Origin: Candidatus Hermodarchaeota archaeon | GTDB taxonomy: Archaea; Asgardarchaeota; Lokiarchaeia; Sigyniarchaeales; SOKP01 | NCBI GenBank assembly: GCA_048885525.1 | Contig: JBHLLP010000001.1 | Coordinates: 32,001-96,000 of the forward strand | Length of the DNA stretch: 64,000 nucleotides | Direction: 5' to 3' | Shown here: in pieces, positions 39,536 to 48,807 of the stretch | Numbering within the stretch: the first letter of the stretch is position 1 | Layout of the letters: each line of letters opens with the position of its first letter | Program-made: the position numbers and the translations under genes | Notes under the pieces: model-generated | What the model saw: the letters and a program-made list of their open reading frames with translations, nothing else | The model's database searches: none | Told to the model about the DNA's origin: nothing

Positions 39536-42500
39536 TTACTTATTTTTTTTAACGATTTTTGGTTTAAATACCGAAGATATTTCTTTTTTACCTACTCTAG
39601 CAATCCCTATTAGCTTTTCGGCAAGTAAGAATAATGCATTTGAAGATTTTGGTAAAAACATAAACAATTGTATTGGGTTTTGTTCTAAAGTTGCTTTTAT
39701 TAGTTGATATGCTACTTCGGAGTTTTTTTCATCTAAAAACATGCCAGGTTCATCAAGTAAACACAAAGGAGAAGGTTTTATTTCTTGAAGAGATAAAATT
39801 AAACAAATCGATATTAAGGAAACTTGGCCACCACTAAGGGCAGTAAATGATTTAAGTTGTTCCTTTGAAGTAGCTGCTTTAATATTAACGCCTAAATCTT
39901 CAAAATTTCCTGTTAACTCCAAAGAACAATAAGATTTTATTTGAGAATCGAGAAATTTTTGATTAACTCTCTTTTGTAAATTTTCAAGTAAACCACTGAA
40001 TTTTTCATAGTATGTTTTCTCTATCTTTTTTTCTGCTTTAATTGCTGCTTTTACATCCTCTTCTAGATCTTCTTGATTTTTTGAGATTTCCTTAAGCGAT
40101 GATAATATCTGTTCTTTTTCAATCAAAATTGAATCGTCAATATCTAAATATTTAAGTAATCCCTTATCGATTCCAGTGATTTCTTTTTCAATATCTTCTA
40201 TAGGACGAATTTTGATTAAATTTTTTAAAATTAAGGGACCTATTTCAGAATTAATTCGCAATAAATCGATTTTTTTTGAATTTAAATCTTGGATATACGA
40301 ATTCAATTTGATATTTTCTTGTTCAAAAGTTAATGTTATTTGAATAGATTTCCTTTCGATTTCACTTTTTTTAGTTTGAATTTGTGAAATTTCAACTTTT
40401 AGATTCGAAATCTTTTTTTCTATTGTTTCAAGTTCTTCTTCAATATTTTCTAATTGACGATATGTATTAAATGCTGTAGTATCTGCTTTTTGAAATGCTT
40501 CTTTCTTTGTCTCATAATCCTTTTGGATTAAATTCTTTTCCCTTTTTTGTTTAGCTAATCTATCTTTCACTTCTTTTAAGATGTTTGAATTTTCATTAGA
40601 TTTCAAATCCCATTTTTTTTTATCCTCGTTAAGTAGTGCTAATTTTTTAGGAATCTCTTTTATCCTATCATTCCATTGAAAAAAATCTGGATCAGATTGA
40701 GATTTTAAATCTTTAATCTGATTTTCATATTTTTTATTTTCATCTTTAAGAAAATGATTAGATTTTTCTAAATTATGCATTTGATCATATAATTGGTTTT
40801 TCTTTGAAGTTATTCTTTGTTTTTGGTTAAAATTGTATAAAAGATCATTAAAAGATTCCTTTTTTTTAAATATTTCTTGTTGTTCAGTATTTGTTTTAGA
40901 TTGTTCAACTTTTAATTCCGAAATTTTATCATTTAAATGCTTAACTTCAGTTTCTAGAATTTCGGATTGTTCTCCTTGTGTACCAGCACTTAATAATCCT
41001 TTCAATCTCTTTAAGTAAGGGGTTTCGTAAACATATTTATAAGATATTATTTGTTCACCTTTTAATGTAACACACTTTCCTTTGAAATTAAGAGTTTTAT
41101 AAATTTCTCTTCCTGAATGATAATCTTTTACAACAAGGCAATTTTTTATCGTCGAATAAATGACTTTTTTAATATCAATATCATTATCGATAATTTTAAT
41201 TAATTCTGCTAAATACCCTAAAACTCCATTGGCTGTTATAGTTATCATAGGTGTTATATCTACATTTTTGGGTAGATAGATATTGCAATATGCGTTGAAT
41301 TTTTCTTTTAGTCTCTTTAACAAATTAAGAGTATCCCAGTCTTCAGCAACAAAACTGTAGAGCAATTTTTCACCAAGAACAGATTCAATTGCATAACTCA
41401 ACTCATCTTCATATTTTAAATAGTCTATAATCGGACCTTTAACTTTTAAACCTCTTTTTTTTATCTCATCTTTTAAAACTGATATATTTGATGGAAGAAT
41501 TACTCTCCGTTCTCTAAGTGATGCTTGTAAAATTTTTAACTTTTTCAATTTTTTAGATTTTTCTATCATTAGTTGATTTATTTCAGAAGAAAGTTGATAG
41601 ATTCTTATTGAAATCCTTTTCAGTTCCTTATCAAGCTGATTTAATAGATCTTTTGAAGGATTTTCTAGGAACCATTTGTTTTTTTCTAATTTATGCTCAA
41701 TATCCTTAAAACTTTGAAAAAGTTGATTAATTTCATTATTAATAGATAGTATAGTTTTCTTATTCTCTTGAATTCTTAATATATTTTCATTTTTTTCTGA
41801 ATTTAGTTGATTATATTTATCTAAAAGCTCTTTATTCTGAGTTATTTTTTTTAATAACTGGTTTTGTTCTATTATTAGTTTATCAATCTGTAAACTAGTA
41901 TTATTACTCTCAACTTGTAATCTTTTATTTTCATTGCCTAAGCTTTCTTTTTGTTTCTTAAAATTATTGATAATCTTCTTAAACTCATTAATCTTTTCTG
42001 ATAACTCATCTAACTCTTGTTTAACTAAAATTTTATCTTTCTGCCAATTTTGAATTTTTGTAATTAATTCTTGTTTTATATAATTTAGTTCTCCAACTTT
42101 CTCAGATAGGTGATTCATGTTTTTATGATGTTTTGAAATTTTATTAGATAAAAGTTCTATTTCTCTATCTGAAAATTCTTTTTTTCTTTTAATACCCTCT
42201 ATGACTAATTCAACATTTTTTATTATATCTTCAATTTGGATAATTTCTTTTTCTAATTTGTCCTTGCTTGCCCACAATAGTTCATCGTTGAGTTTTTCCT
42301 TTATTTTCAATAATTCATTTTTTTGTTTTAAACGTTCTAATTTAGGATTTAATAATTCTAAACTAATATTTAATGTATTCCTTCTGCTTTTTAGAGATTG
42401 AAGGTCTTTATTTAAATTTAAAATATCATTCTTTTGATGTAATATTTCTTCTCTCAAATCCTTTAATCCAATTCCCTCCTCTAGAAAAGAACATAATTCT

Positions 42501-43006
42501 GTAGGTTTCAGATTTTTAATTGAATCAATTTTCCCTTGACTTACAAAAGCAAATTGATTATCAGGATTAATATTAAAATCAGAAACTAATTTTTGAACTT
42601 CTTGAACTGGTACTTTTCTGAATTCTTTATCAGACTTTCTCTGTATTTTGAAGAAGGGAGATTGTCCTCTAATTACATATCTTCTTATTTTAATTAATTC
42701 ATCCACGATTTGAACGTGAATTTCCACCATAGCATGATTTTGTCCATTTCTAATAAAATTCGCCCATTTCTTATATCGATCATCTCTTTCATTGCTCCCT
42801 AAAGCAAATTTAATGGCTTGAAATATTGAGGTTTTTCCACTCCAATTTGGTCCTACAATAATCACGAATTTAGATTTACCAAAATCCACTTCATCCTTCT
42901 GAAAAGATAAAAAATTTTCTAAAATAACTTTTCTAATAAAAATTCTAGAATTCTCTATATGAGATATTTCATTTTTTTTCAGGTTCGATTGAGATCGAGA
43001 AGCCAT
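39536..43006 (-). CDS. smc: SMC ATPase, Smc5/6-like
   Basis: LENFLSF, Walker A GPNWSGKTS, Q-loop FVSQGKI, coiled coils flanking hinge (KGPII..AIESVLG), LSGGQ, LLDEP, and QLFMFLPK at the H-loop position. Confidence 0.9.
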   Translation of the reverse strand: MASRSQSNLKKNEISHIENSRIFIRKVILENFLSFQKDEVDFGKSKFVIIVGPNWSGKTSIFQAIKFALGSNERDDRYKKWANFIRNGQNHAMVEIHVQIVDELIKIRRYVIRGQSPFFKIQRKSDKEFRKVPVQEVQKLVSDFNINPDNQFAFVSQGKIDSIKNLKPTELCSFLEEGIGLKDLREEILHQKNDILNLNKDLQSLKSRRNTLNISLELLNPKLERLKQKNELLKIKEKLNDELLWASKDKLEKEIIQIEDIIKNVELVIEGIKRKKEFSDREIELLSNKISKHHKNMNHLSEKVGELNYIKQELITKIQNWQKDKILVKQELDELSEKINEFKKIINNFKKQKESLGNENKRLQVESNNTSLQIDKLIIEQNQLLKKITQNKELLDKYNQLNSEKNENILRIQENKKTILSINNEINQLFQSFKDIEHKLEKNKWFLENPSKDLLNQLDKELKRISIRIYQLSSEINQLMIEKSKKLKKLKILQASLRERRVILPSNISVLKDEIKKRGLKVKGPIIDYLKYEDELSYAIESVLGEKLLYSFVAEDWDTLNLLKRLKEKFNAYCNIYLPKNVDITPMITITANGVLGYLAELIKIIDNDIDIKKVIYSTIKNCLVVKDYHSGREIYKTLNFKGKCVTLKGEQIISYKYVYETPYLKRLKGLLSAGTQGEQSEILETEVKHLNDKISELKVEQSKTNTEQQEIFKKKESFNDLLYNFNQKQRITSKKNQLYDQMHNLEKSNHFLKDENKKYENQIKDLKSQSDPDFFQWNDRIKEIPKKLALLNEDKKKWDLKSNENSNILKEVKDRLAKQKREKNLIQKDYETKKEAFQKADTTAFNTYRQLENIEEELETIEKKISNLKVEISQIQTKKSEIERKSIQITLTFEQENIKLNSYIQDLNSKKIDLLRINSEIGPLILKNLIKIRPIEDIEKEITGIDKGLLKYLDIDDSILIEKEQILSSLKEISKNQEDLEEDVKAAIKAEKKIEKTYYEKFSGLLENLQKRVNQKFLDSQIKSYCSLELTGNFEDLGVNIKAATSKEQLKSFTALSGGQVSLISICLILSLQEIKPSPLCLLDEPGMFLDEKNSEVAYQLIKATLEQNPIQLFMFLPKSSNALFLLAEKLIGIARVGKKEISSVFKPKIVKKNK

Positions 43007-43028
43007 ATTTCCCTCATTTTATAATTAA

Positions 43029-44264
43029 TTATTTACCAAAAGCTTGTTTTATTAGATCTACTCGCTTCTTAGCTTTTTCTAAATTTATTTGCGCCCTATT
43101 TGGAGAATCATTTAAGATAAAAGGATAATTAGCTAACATCTTCATATCGTTATCTTCCAACGGCTCTTTTTTACTTAATTTGTCAATAATAAGTGTAAGT
43201 TCGGTATAATTCTTGGATGAGGCATTCTCATATAACTGATTTAGCATAAATTCTGAAATGCGAGTCTCCCGAATTTCATTCACAATGCCGGTAACATCCT
43301 CAGAGTTATCAATTTTATTACTTTTTTGAATAGAAATTATTTCCTTCTCTTGATTAGATTCTGTATTTAGATCGATTTTGGAATTCTTTTCTAAGCTTAG
43401 TGGAATGGAATTTGGTATATATTCTCCAGATACAATTAAATCGATTAAAATATCCGTTATTTCATTACTAGTCTCATTTAATTCCGAGTTCAAAAAATGC
43501 TTGAATATCCCAACTTTCAATAGTTGTTTAATATCTTTTACTTCCCAATTTTCCGTGTAATTTACTATTTCGTTAATATCAAATACAATCTTAGTATTTT
43601 TTTCTAAAAAATCTTTTAATACTGTTTGGCGCTCAATTTTATTCAGTAATGGAATTTTAATAAAAAGATCAAATGCAGTATAGATTTTATTTGAAATAAG
43701 GTTAATATCTTGGATGTTATAATTAATCCATACTAAAACCAAATTCAAATCAGTAAATTTAAAATCAAAATTTCTACTCTGTTGAACCTCGAAAAACTTT
43801 TCTAATAAGTTTTCTCCAATTTTTTGCCTAAATTCTGTTTGCTGATTAATTAATAATAATCTCTTTTCACTAGTTTTATCCAGTTCAATTTCATCATCTT
43901 CTTTTTCTATTGATTGTGCAAAAGCTTCTAAAATTGAGATGAAACTCTTTACAAATTTGGTTGGAGATTTTAAAATCTCACTTTCTTCAAATTCAATTAG
44001 ATCTAAGTAATAATTCTTAGTGATAAGTTTAATGTAGTCTATTATGTCTGTTCCGGGACTGGTATTAATCAAAATTGCTCCTCTTGGTTCTAGATAACTA
44101 TTTAAAATAGTATCTTCATGATTTGTTAATATCACCTTGAGAAAGTTAATAATATCATTATATTTATCTCTATAGAATATGTCCTCTTTCTTAATTCTAA
44201 TTTCTGAAGGTCTAATTATCTTAAAATATCTAGAAAACTCCGGAATATCGTTTAAATCTTTCAT
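43029..44264 (-). CDS. Degenerate AAA+ ATPase-like protein
   Basis: PRGAILINTSPGTD resembles a decayed PxGxLLxGPPGTGKT; FDLFIKIPLLNKIERQTVL and TENWEVKDIKQL match the AAA lid pattern. Confidence 0.6.
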   Translation of the reverse strand: MKDLNDIPEFSRYFKIIRPSEIRIKKEDIFYRDKYNDIINFLKVILTNHEDTILNSYLEPRGAILINTSPGTDIIDYIKLITKNYYLDLIEFEESEILKSPTKFVKSFISILEAFAQSIEKEDDEIELDKTSEKRLLLINQQTEFRQKIGENLLEKFFEVQQSRNFDFKFTDLNLVLVWINYNIQDINLISNKIYTAFDLFIKIPLLNKIERQTVLKDFLEKNTKIVFDINEIVNYTENWEVKDIKQLLKVGIFKHFLNSELNETSNEITDILIDLIVSGEYIPNSIPLSLEKNSKIDLNTESNQEKEIISIQKSNKIDNSEDVTGIVNEIRETRISEFMLNQLYENASSKNYTELTLIIDKLSKKEPLEDNDMKMLANYPFILNDSPNRAQINLEKAKKRVDLIKQAFGK

Positions 44265-44465
44265 TGAAAATTCTAATTTAATTCTTTGGTCTTTTTTTGA
44301 ACATTATTTACATGACATTTTACACATATATATTTAGCGGTAGTCATAGTTAGCGATAACTAGACCCCCGACAAAAACCAAAAAGTTTATAAAAACGTAT
44401 TTCAAAAGAGAAAAATGAAAAGTGAATTTAATTTTTCATTCAAATTTAACTTTTTATAGATTTAT

Positions 44466-44915
44466 CTAAATTTTATCTAGAATAAATGATGGCAATCGGC
44501 CTTCATCTACCAAAATTCTTATTAAATTAGGCATACTATTCCATTGTCGAATAGAAAGGTTAAACTCTTCTTCTGTAATATCTTTTAATTGGGGAGCCCC
44601 AAAAGTTAGCATGCTAATAGAAGAGGTTATAAGATGTTTTACTTTTGTGCATGGGAACTCATTACATTGAGCACAACTATCAAACCCCTTTTCTCGTGCG
44701 CAAGGTCGGGCTTCACAATTCTTATCTGCTATTTTGTCTCCTTTACTCTTACAACCCTCACAATGAACATTCTCAGCAGTATAGTTTTCATGACCAAGAT
44801 ATTTTCGCCAAGCTTCAACCATTTTTTGTCGAATATTAATATTATCTGATTGAGCAGCACATAAATAACAGTTATAACCACAATAACCTATTATTTTATC
44901 ATCATTTTGAGTCAA
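44466..44915 (-). CDS. DUF3795 family Cys-rich protein
   Basis: CGYNCYLC, CEGC, C...C..KG..CAQC.EFPC. Confidence 0.85.
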   Translation of the reverse strand: MTQNDDKIIGYCGYNCYLCAAQSDNINIRQKMVEAWRKYLGHENYTAENVHCEGCKSKGDKIADKNCEARPCAREKGFDSCAQCNEFPCTKVKHLITSSISMLTFGAPQLKDITEEEFNLSIRQWNSMPNLIRILVDEGRLPSFILDKI

Positions 44916-45028
44916 AAAATAACACCTCAGAGAGAAGAAGCAAATAATGTTTATAATTCTTATTGCCTATCTAGGTAATGTTTCTATATTAAGTCAATTT
45001 AAAATATTATAGAAAATATCCAAATGTT

Positions 45029-45502
45029 TCAATAATTTTGATAAAATACTTCTAAACCTAATTCTTGATTTAATAATTTAATATAAAACTCAAACTGTTC
45101 ATTAACAAGATCATAATGAGTGAATTTTCCCTTTTTGAAACTTCTAATGAGCCCAACACTCTCTAAAATTCGAAGATGATGTGAAATAGATGGTTGGGAT
45201 TTATCTAAGATTGCTTCTAGTTCACAAACGCAATGATCATTATTCTTTAATGCTGTAACTATTTTTAAACGTTCCTTATTTCCAAGAGCATAACAGAATT
45301 CTAATATTTTTTCGAAGTTGTCGAAATTGTCTAAATTTTTTCCAAAATCTTGTAAATTTTGGAAGTAGGTATTAACATCAATTTTTTTCATATCAATACA
45401 ACTTTCAAGGGAGCCAATTATCTCAAGAGTCCGCTTTTTATTAATATTATCCACCCAAATTATTATAACTTTTTTGAGAAATATAATTAATGCACTTATC
45501 AA
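45029..45502 (-). CDS. arsR: ArsR/SmtB family metalloregulator (true start may be slightly downstream)
   Basis: ALGNKERLKI, HCVCEL, SQPSISHHLRIL; divergent from acr3. Confidence 0.9.
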   Translation of the reverse strand: MISALIIFLKKVIIIWVDNINKKRTLEIIGSLESCIDMKKIDVNTYFQNLQDFGKNLDNFDNFEKILEFCYALGNKERLKIVTALKNNDHCVCELEAILDKSQPSISHHLRILESVGLIRSFKKGKFTHYDLVNEQFEFYIKLLNQELGLEVFYQNY

Positions 45503-45509
45503 ACATTAT

Positions 45510-45531
45510 ATATTTATATTAATATAAATAT
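45510..45531. promoter_or_regulatory. Perfect 22-bp palindrome, candidate ArsR operator
   Basis: ATATTTATATT|AATATAAATAT between divergent arsR and acr3; all A/T, so chance cannot be excluded. Confidence 0.45.
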
Positions 45532-45638
45532 TTTATTAAACTTTTTAAATCCAAATATTTTTATTTGATGCATTTCATAAATATCTCAAACTGTATAAAT
45601 ATAAAATACATAAAAAAACATAAAATTTTTGAAGATAG

Positions 45639-46700
45639 ATGAGCATTTCAGAAACAGAGGGATTATCAGTAACTCATGAAGAACAATCTAAAGATCTTGG
45701 ATTTTTTGAAAAATATCTTACATTATGGGTCGCTTTATGCATTTTTATTGGAATTCTTTTATCTATTTATGTTCCAGAAATAAGTCAAGCGATCAATTCA
45801 TTTACTATAGGTCAAATTTCTATACCGATTGGTATTTGCCTATTTTTAATGATGTATCCAGCAATGTTGAATTTGCAAGTTTCAGAGTTGAAAAAATTAG
45901 GTAAAAATCCCAAACCAATAATTCTCACGATAATATCTAATTGGTTAGTTGCTCCATTTGTAGGTCTACTTATGGCTCGTATATTTTTACAAGGTTATGA
46001 GCAATTAGTTGTTGCTATCATATTACTAAGCTCAAGTCCATGCACCGCAATGGTTTTAGTATGGGGATGGATGGCAAAAGGCAATCAAGAGCAAAATGTA
46101 GTAAATACGAGTCTAAATACGATAACAATAATCTTTGGTTATGCTCCTATGGTAACATTATTAACGGGTATTCAGAATATTCCTGTTGATTGGGTACTTC
46201 TACTTATTTCAACATTAATTTTTATTGGACTTCCGTTATTTCTTGGAATAATTAGTAAAAGATTATTAATATCAGCTAAAGGTGAGGATTGGTTTAATAC
46301 TACATATAGACCAATAGTTGGAAAAATCTCGATTATTGCCTTACTAACAACATTAGTGGTTCTTTTTTCTATGAATGGAGAAGTATTAATTAAGAATCCT
46401 GGTTACCTTTTATTGGTTTCCGTCCCACTCTTACTTGGATTCGTCATCGTTGTTGGTTACAACATCCTTATAACAAAGCTATTTAAATTAAAATATCGAG
46501 AAGCAGTCATAACAGTTATCATCGGTTCATCAAGTCACTTTGAAATTGCTATTGCTACAGCCATTGCTATGCCTGGTTATGGGATCGGGTCATTAGCAGC
46601 TTTGGGCACTACAATGGGATTATTTTGGGAAGTACCAGTAATGCTTTCGATTGTTTATTTAGGCAAATTCCTAAGGAAAAGAGGTTTTTGGAAATCCTAA
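45639..46700 (+). CDS. acr3: ACR3 family arsenite efflux transporter
   Basis: FFEKYLTLWV, MMYP, SNW, PCTAMVLVW, HFEIAIA, EVPVML. Confidence 0.93.
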   Translation: MSISETEGLSVTHEEQSKDLGFFEKYLTLWVALCIFIGILLSIYVPEISQAINSFTIGQISIPIGICLFLMMYPAMLNLQVSELKKLGKNPKPIILTIISNWLVAPFVGLLMARIFLQGYEQLVVAIILLSSSPCTAMVLVWGWMAKGNQEQNVVNTSLNTITIIFGYAPMVTLLTGIQNIPVDWVLLLISTLIFIGLPLFLGIISKRLLISAKGEDWFNTTYRPIVGKISIIALLTTLVVLFSMNGEVLIKNPGYLLLVSVPLLLGFVIVVGYNILITKLFKLKYREAVITVIIGSSSHFEIAIATAIAMPGYGIGSLAALGTTMGLFWEVPVMLSIVYLGKFLRKRGFWKS

Positions 46701-46776
46701 TATTTTTAATTATACATTAAATTATCAAATTAAGATAGGTATCTTGAAAAACTAAACAAAATTTTACTGAATAATA

Positions 46777-46956
46777 ATGAATGAAGAAAACATGGAAGAA
46801 CAGATAGCCAATATAATAAAGGAAGCGATGAGTCAAATTTCTCATTCGAGTTGTGACCATTCAGAAACACATTGTAATAAAGATAGTCCCGATTATGAAC
46901 CCAAACATATTCATTGTGGAACTGATAGATGCAAAGGACTCCATCAAAATGATTAA
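46777..46956 (+). CDS. Unannotated 59-aa Cys/His-rich peptide
   Basis: MNEENMEEQIANIIKEAMSQISHSSCDHSETHCNKDSPDYEPKHIHCGTDRCKGLHQND; stop lies 3 nt before the next gene. Confidence 0.7.
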   Translation: MNEENMEEQIANIIKEAMSQISHSSCDHSETHCNKDSPDYEPKHIHCGTDRCKGLHQND

Positions 46957-46959
46957 AAA

Positions 46960-47256
46960 TTGGATGTGATAAAGATTAGAGAAGAAGTGGAATTAAAAAA
47001 ATTAAAAATAGATATTTACGTCCCATTAGATGCGTGTGCCTGTGAATGGGATAAGTTTATGAATCGCGTATTTGTTGAACTGACACCTTATATAAAATAT
47101 ATTGATTATGATACTAAGAATCTAAATTCAGAAGAAGCAAGAAAACTCAATCTACACAATAAATGCGTAGTTGTAGATGGAGAGAAAAAATTTTCCTCAT
47201 CTTTGTTTCTTAAAAAGGAATTACCAAATCTACTTAAAGCTAAAGGACTTATTTAG
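46960..47256 (+). CDS. Small thioredoxin-fold, ArsD-like CxC protein
   Basis: IDIYVPLDACACEW then CVVVDGE; ars context. Confidence 0.6.
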   Translation: MDVIKIREEVELKKLKIDIYVPLDACACEWDKFMNRVFVELTPYIKYIDYDTKNLNSEEARKLNLHNKCVVVDGEKKFSSSLFLKKELPNLLKAKGLI

Positions 47257-47289
47257 TCTTTAGATTATTTATTTTAAAATTTAATTAAG

Positions 47290-47769
47290 GTGATTGTAAG
47301 AATTAAAAAAATTAAATTAACGATTTTTGCACCAGATCCTGAAAATAAATTATCAAATGGGCTTGATTACAACCTAACTATAAATGAAAAAGGAACTATT
47401 GTTGATCTCTTAACCACTTTAGATAAATATATCTATGAAAATCCTGAAAAGTCTATTTTTCCCATATATAAAGGGTTAATTCACTGTTATCTTCAGCTTA
47501 TTTGGGATGCTGAAGAGAATGTAATTTATGAGGATTGTGCGGTAAATGCATATGGGCCAAATAAAGAATTTATGCCTTTACGCGAAGATATTAACTTTAA
47601 CTTGTATTCTGATAGTGATATAACGATAGTAGTGCATGCAGATTGATGAGCTGATGTTATGAAAGAACGATTGGATTATGGTAAATTTAAAAGAATTATA
47701 ATGAAAACTTATGGAAAAAACCATGAAAATTTTGCCCATTATTTTAAGACCCAAAGAAATAATTCTTAA
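47290..47769 (+). CDS. Predicted selenoprotein (beta-grasp/MoaD-like N-domain) with tandem Sec-Sec, 159 aa
   Basis: In-frame TGA-TGA at 47644-47649, then ADVMKERLDYGKFKRIIMKTYGKNHENFAHYFKTQRNNS-TAA(47767-47769); SECIS directly downstream. Confidence 0.75.
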
Positions 47770-47819
47770 GGTGAATGATACCTTTCAATAAATTCTAGTG
47801 AAAGGTTGACAATAGGATT
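47762..47819 (+). promoter_or_regulatory. Eukaryote-type SECIS element
   Basis: Core A-TGA-T (47775-79) / T-GA-C (47807-10); helix II ACCTTTCA/TGAAAGGT plus A.G, T-A, A-T; apical loop starting AA (47791-92); helix I TCTTA/TAGGA. Confidence 0.8.
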
Positions 47820-47880
47820 GCCTCCTATGAAAATTAAATTTATTCGAAATTGTTGGATTTAACTCCTTTGGTATATTTTT

Positions 47881-48474
47881 ATGTTAGAAAAAGAAAGACT
47901 ATCCCTTGTAAGAAAATATTCAATTGAACACTCTGAAGAGGATGATATTCACGGATTTTTGCATGTTGAACGCGTTCTAAAAATATGTCTCCAATTAGGG
48001 AAAAAATTAAATGCTAATCTATTGATACTTGAAATATCGGCTCTACTCCATGATATTGGCAGAAAATTGAAAAAAAATTCAAGTTCTACTGAGAATCATG
48101 CTGAATTATCTGCAGAGCTAGCTTTAAAATTCTTGAAATCTTATGATTTTAAACTCTCTCAAGAAGATTTTGATAATATAATTCACTGTATTAGATCGCA
48201 TTCATTCTCAAATAATTCAAATCCTATAACTATTGAAGCAAAAATATTATCTGATGCTGATAAATTAGATGCTCTTGGTGCTATCGGTTTATATCGGACT
48301 ATAGGTTTTACTATAAAAAACCAAGGGGGAATAGAAGAAGTCATCAAACACTTAGAAAATAAAATCTTGAAATTAAAGGATCAAATGAATTTAGAAATAT
48401 CAAAACAAATAGCAGTTAAAAACCATCAAGTCGTTTTAGATTTTTATAATAAATTAAAAGAAGAAAGATTATAA
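47881..48474 (+). CDS. HD-domain phosphohydrolase
   Basis: HGFLHVERV, LLHDIGR, NHA, HSFS, DADKLDALGAIG. Confidence 0.9.
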   Translation: MLEKERLSLVRKYSIEHSEEDDIHGFLHVERVLKICLQLGKKLNANLLILEISALLHDIGRKLKKNSSSTENHAELSAELALKFLKSYDFKLSQEDFDNIIHCIRSHSFSNNSNPITIEAKILSDADKLDALGAIGLYRTIGFTIKNQGGIEEVIKHLENKILKLKDQMNLEISKQIAVKNHQVVLDFYNKLKEERL

Positions 48475-48492
48475 GAAAGAGTCATTAGAGTT

Positions 48493-48807
48493 TTAAAATA
48501 ATTGATAATAATATGGGAAATTGCTCTTCAGAACCCCATACAACAAAGATTTTATCATCAAGGGTACTGCTACATGTCTCGCAGCAACAATCCAATCTAT
48601 CCCAATATTATTTCCAGTTCTGCTTCCCTCTTTAAATTTAAAATACATTGTCATACCTAAATGATCTTGAATTTTTGTATCTTCAATTTTAATATCTTCT
48701 AAATCTGGGATAGTAAATTCTTTGATATCAAGATTAGGCTGTATTGGTTCCCTCATTTTCTCAGAAGATAATTGTAAAGCAGCTCGAATTATTACTTCCT
48801 TCTTTAC
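48493..48807 (-). pseudogene. Possible gene remnant (TetR-like first helix joined to unrelated 87-aa ORF)
   Basis: Frame is open from the VOC stop: VKKEVIIRAALQLSSEK-MREPIQ...; no start before the helix and the rest of the HTH is missing. Confidence 0.35.

Noticed and set aside
47659-47769. Independent 36-aa ORF starting at ATG 47659 as an alternative to UGA read-through
   Set aside because: Cannot be fully excluded, but it is in frame with the upstream gene, lacks a clear RBS and would leave the SECIS unexplained.
47827-47858. Possible second SECIS (ATGA...GGAT) downstream of the first
   Set aside because: The stem is short, bulged and only A-U/G-U, with no apical AA; it also overlaps an alternative hairpin ATAGGA/TCCTAT (47812-47828). 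Not supportable without a covariance-model score.
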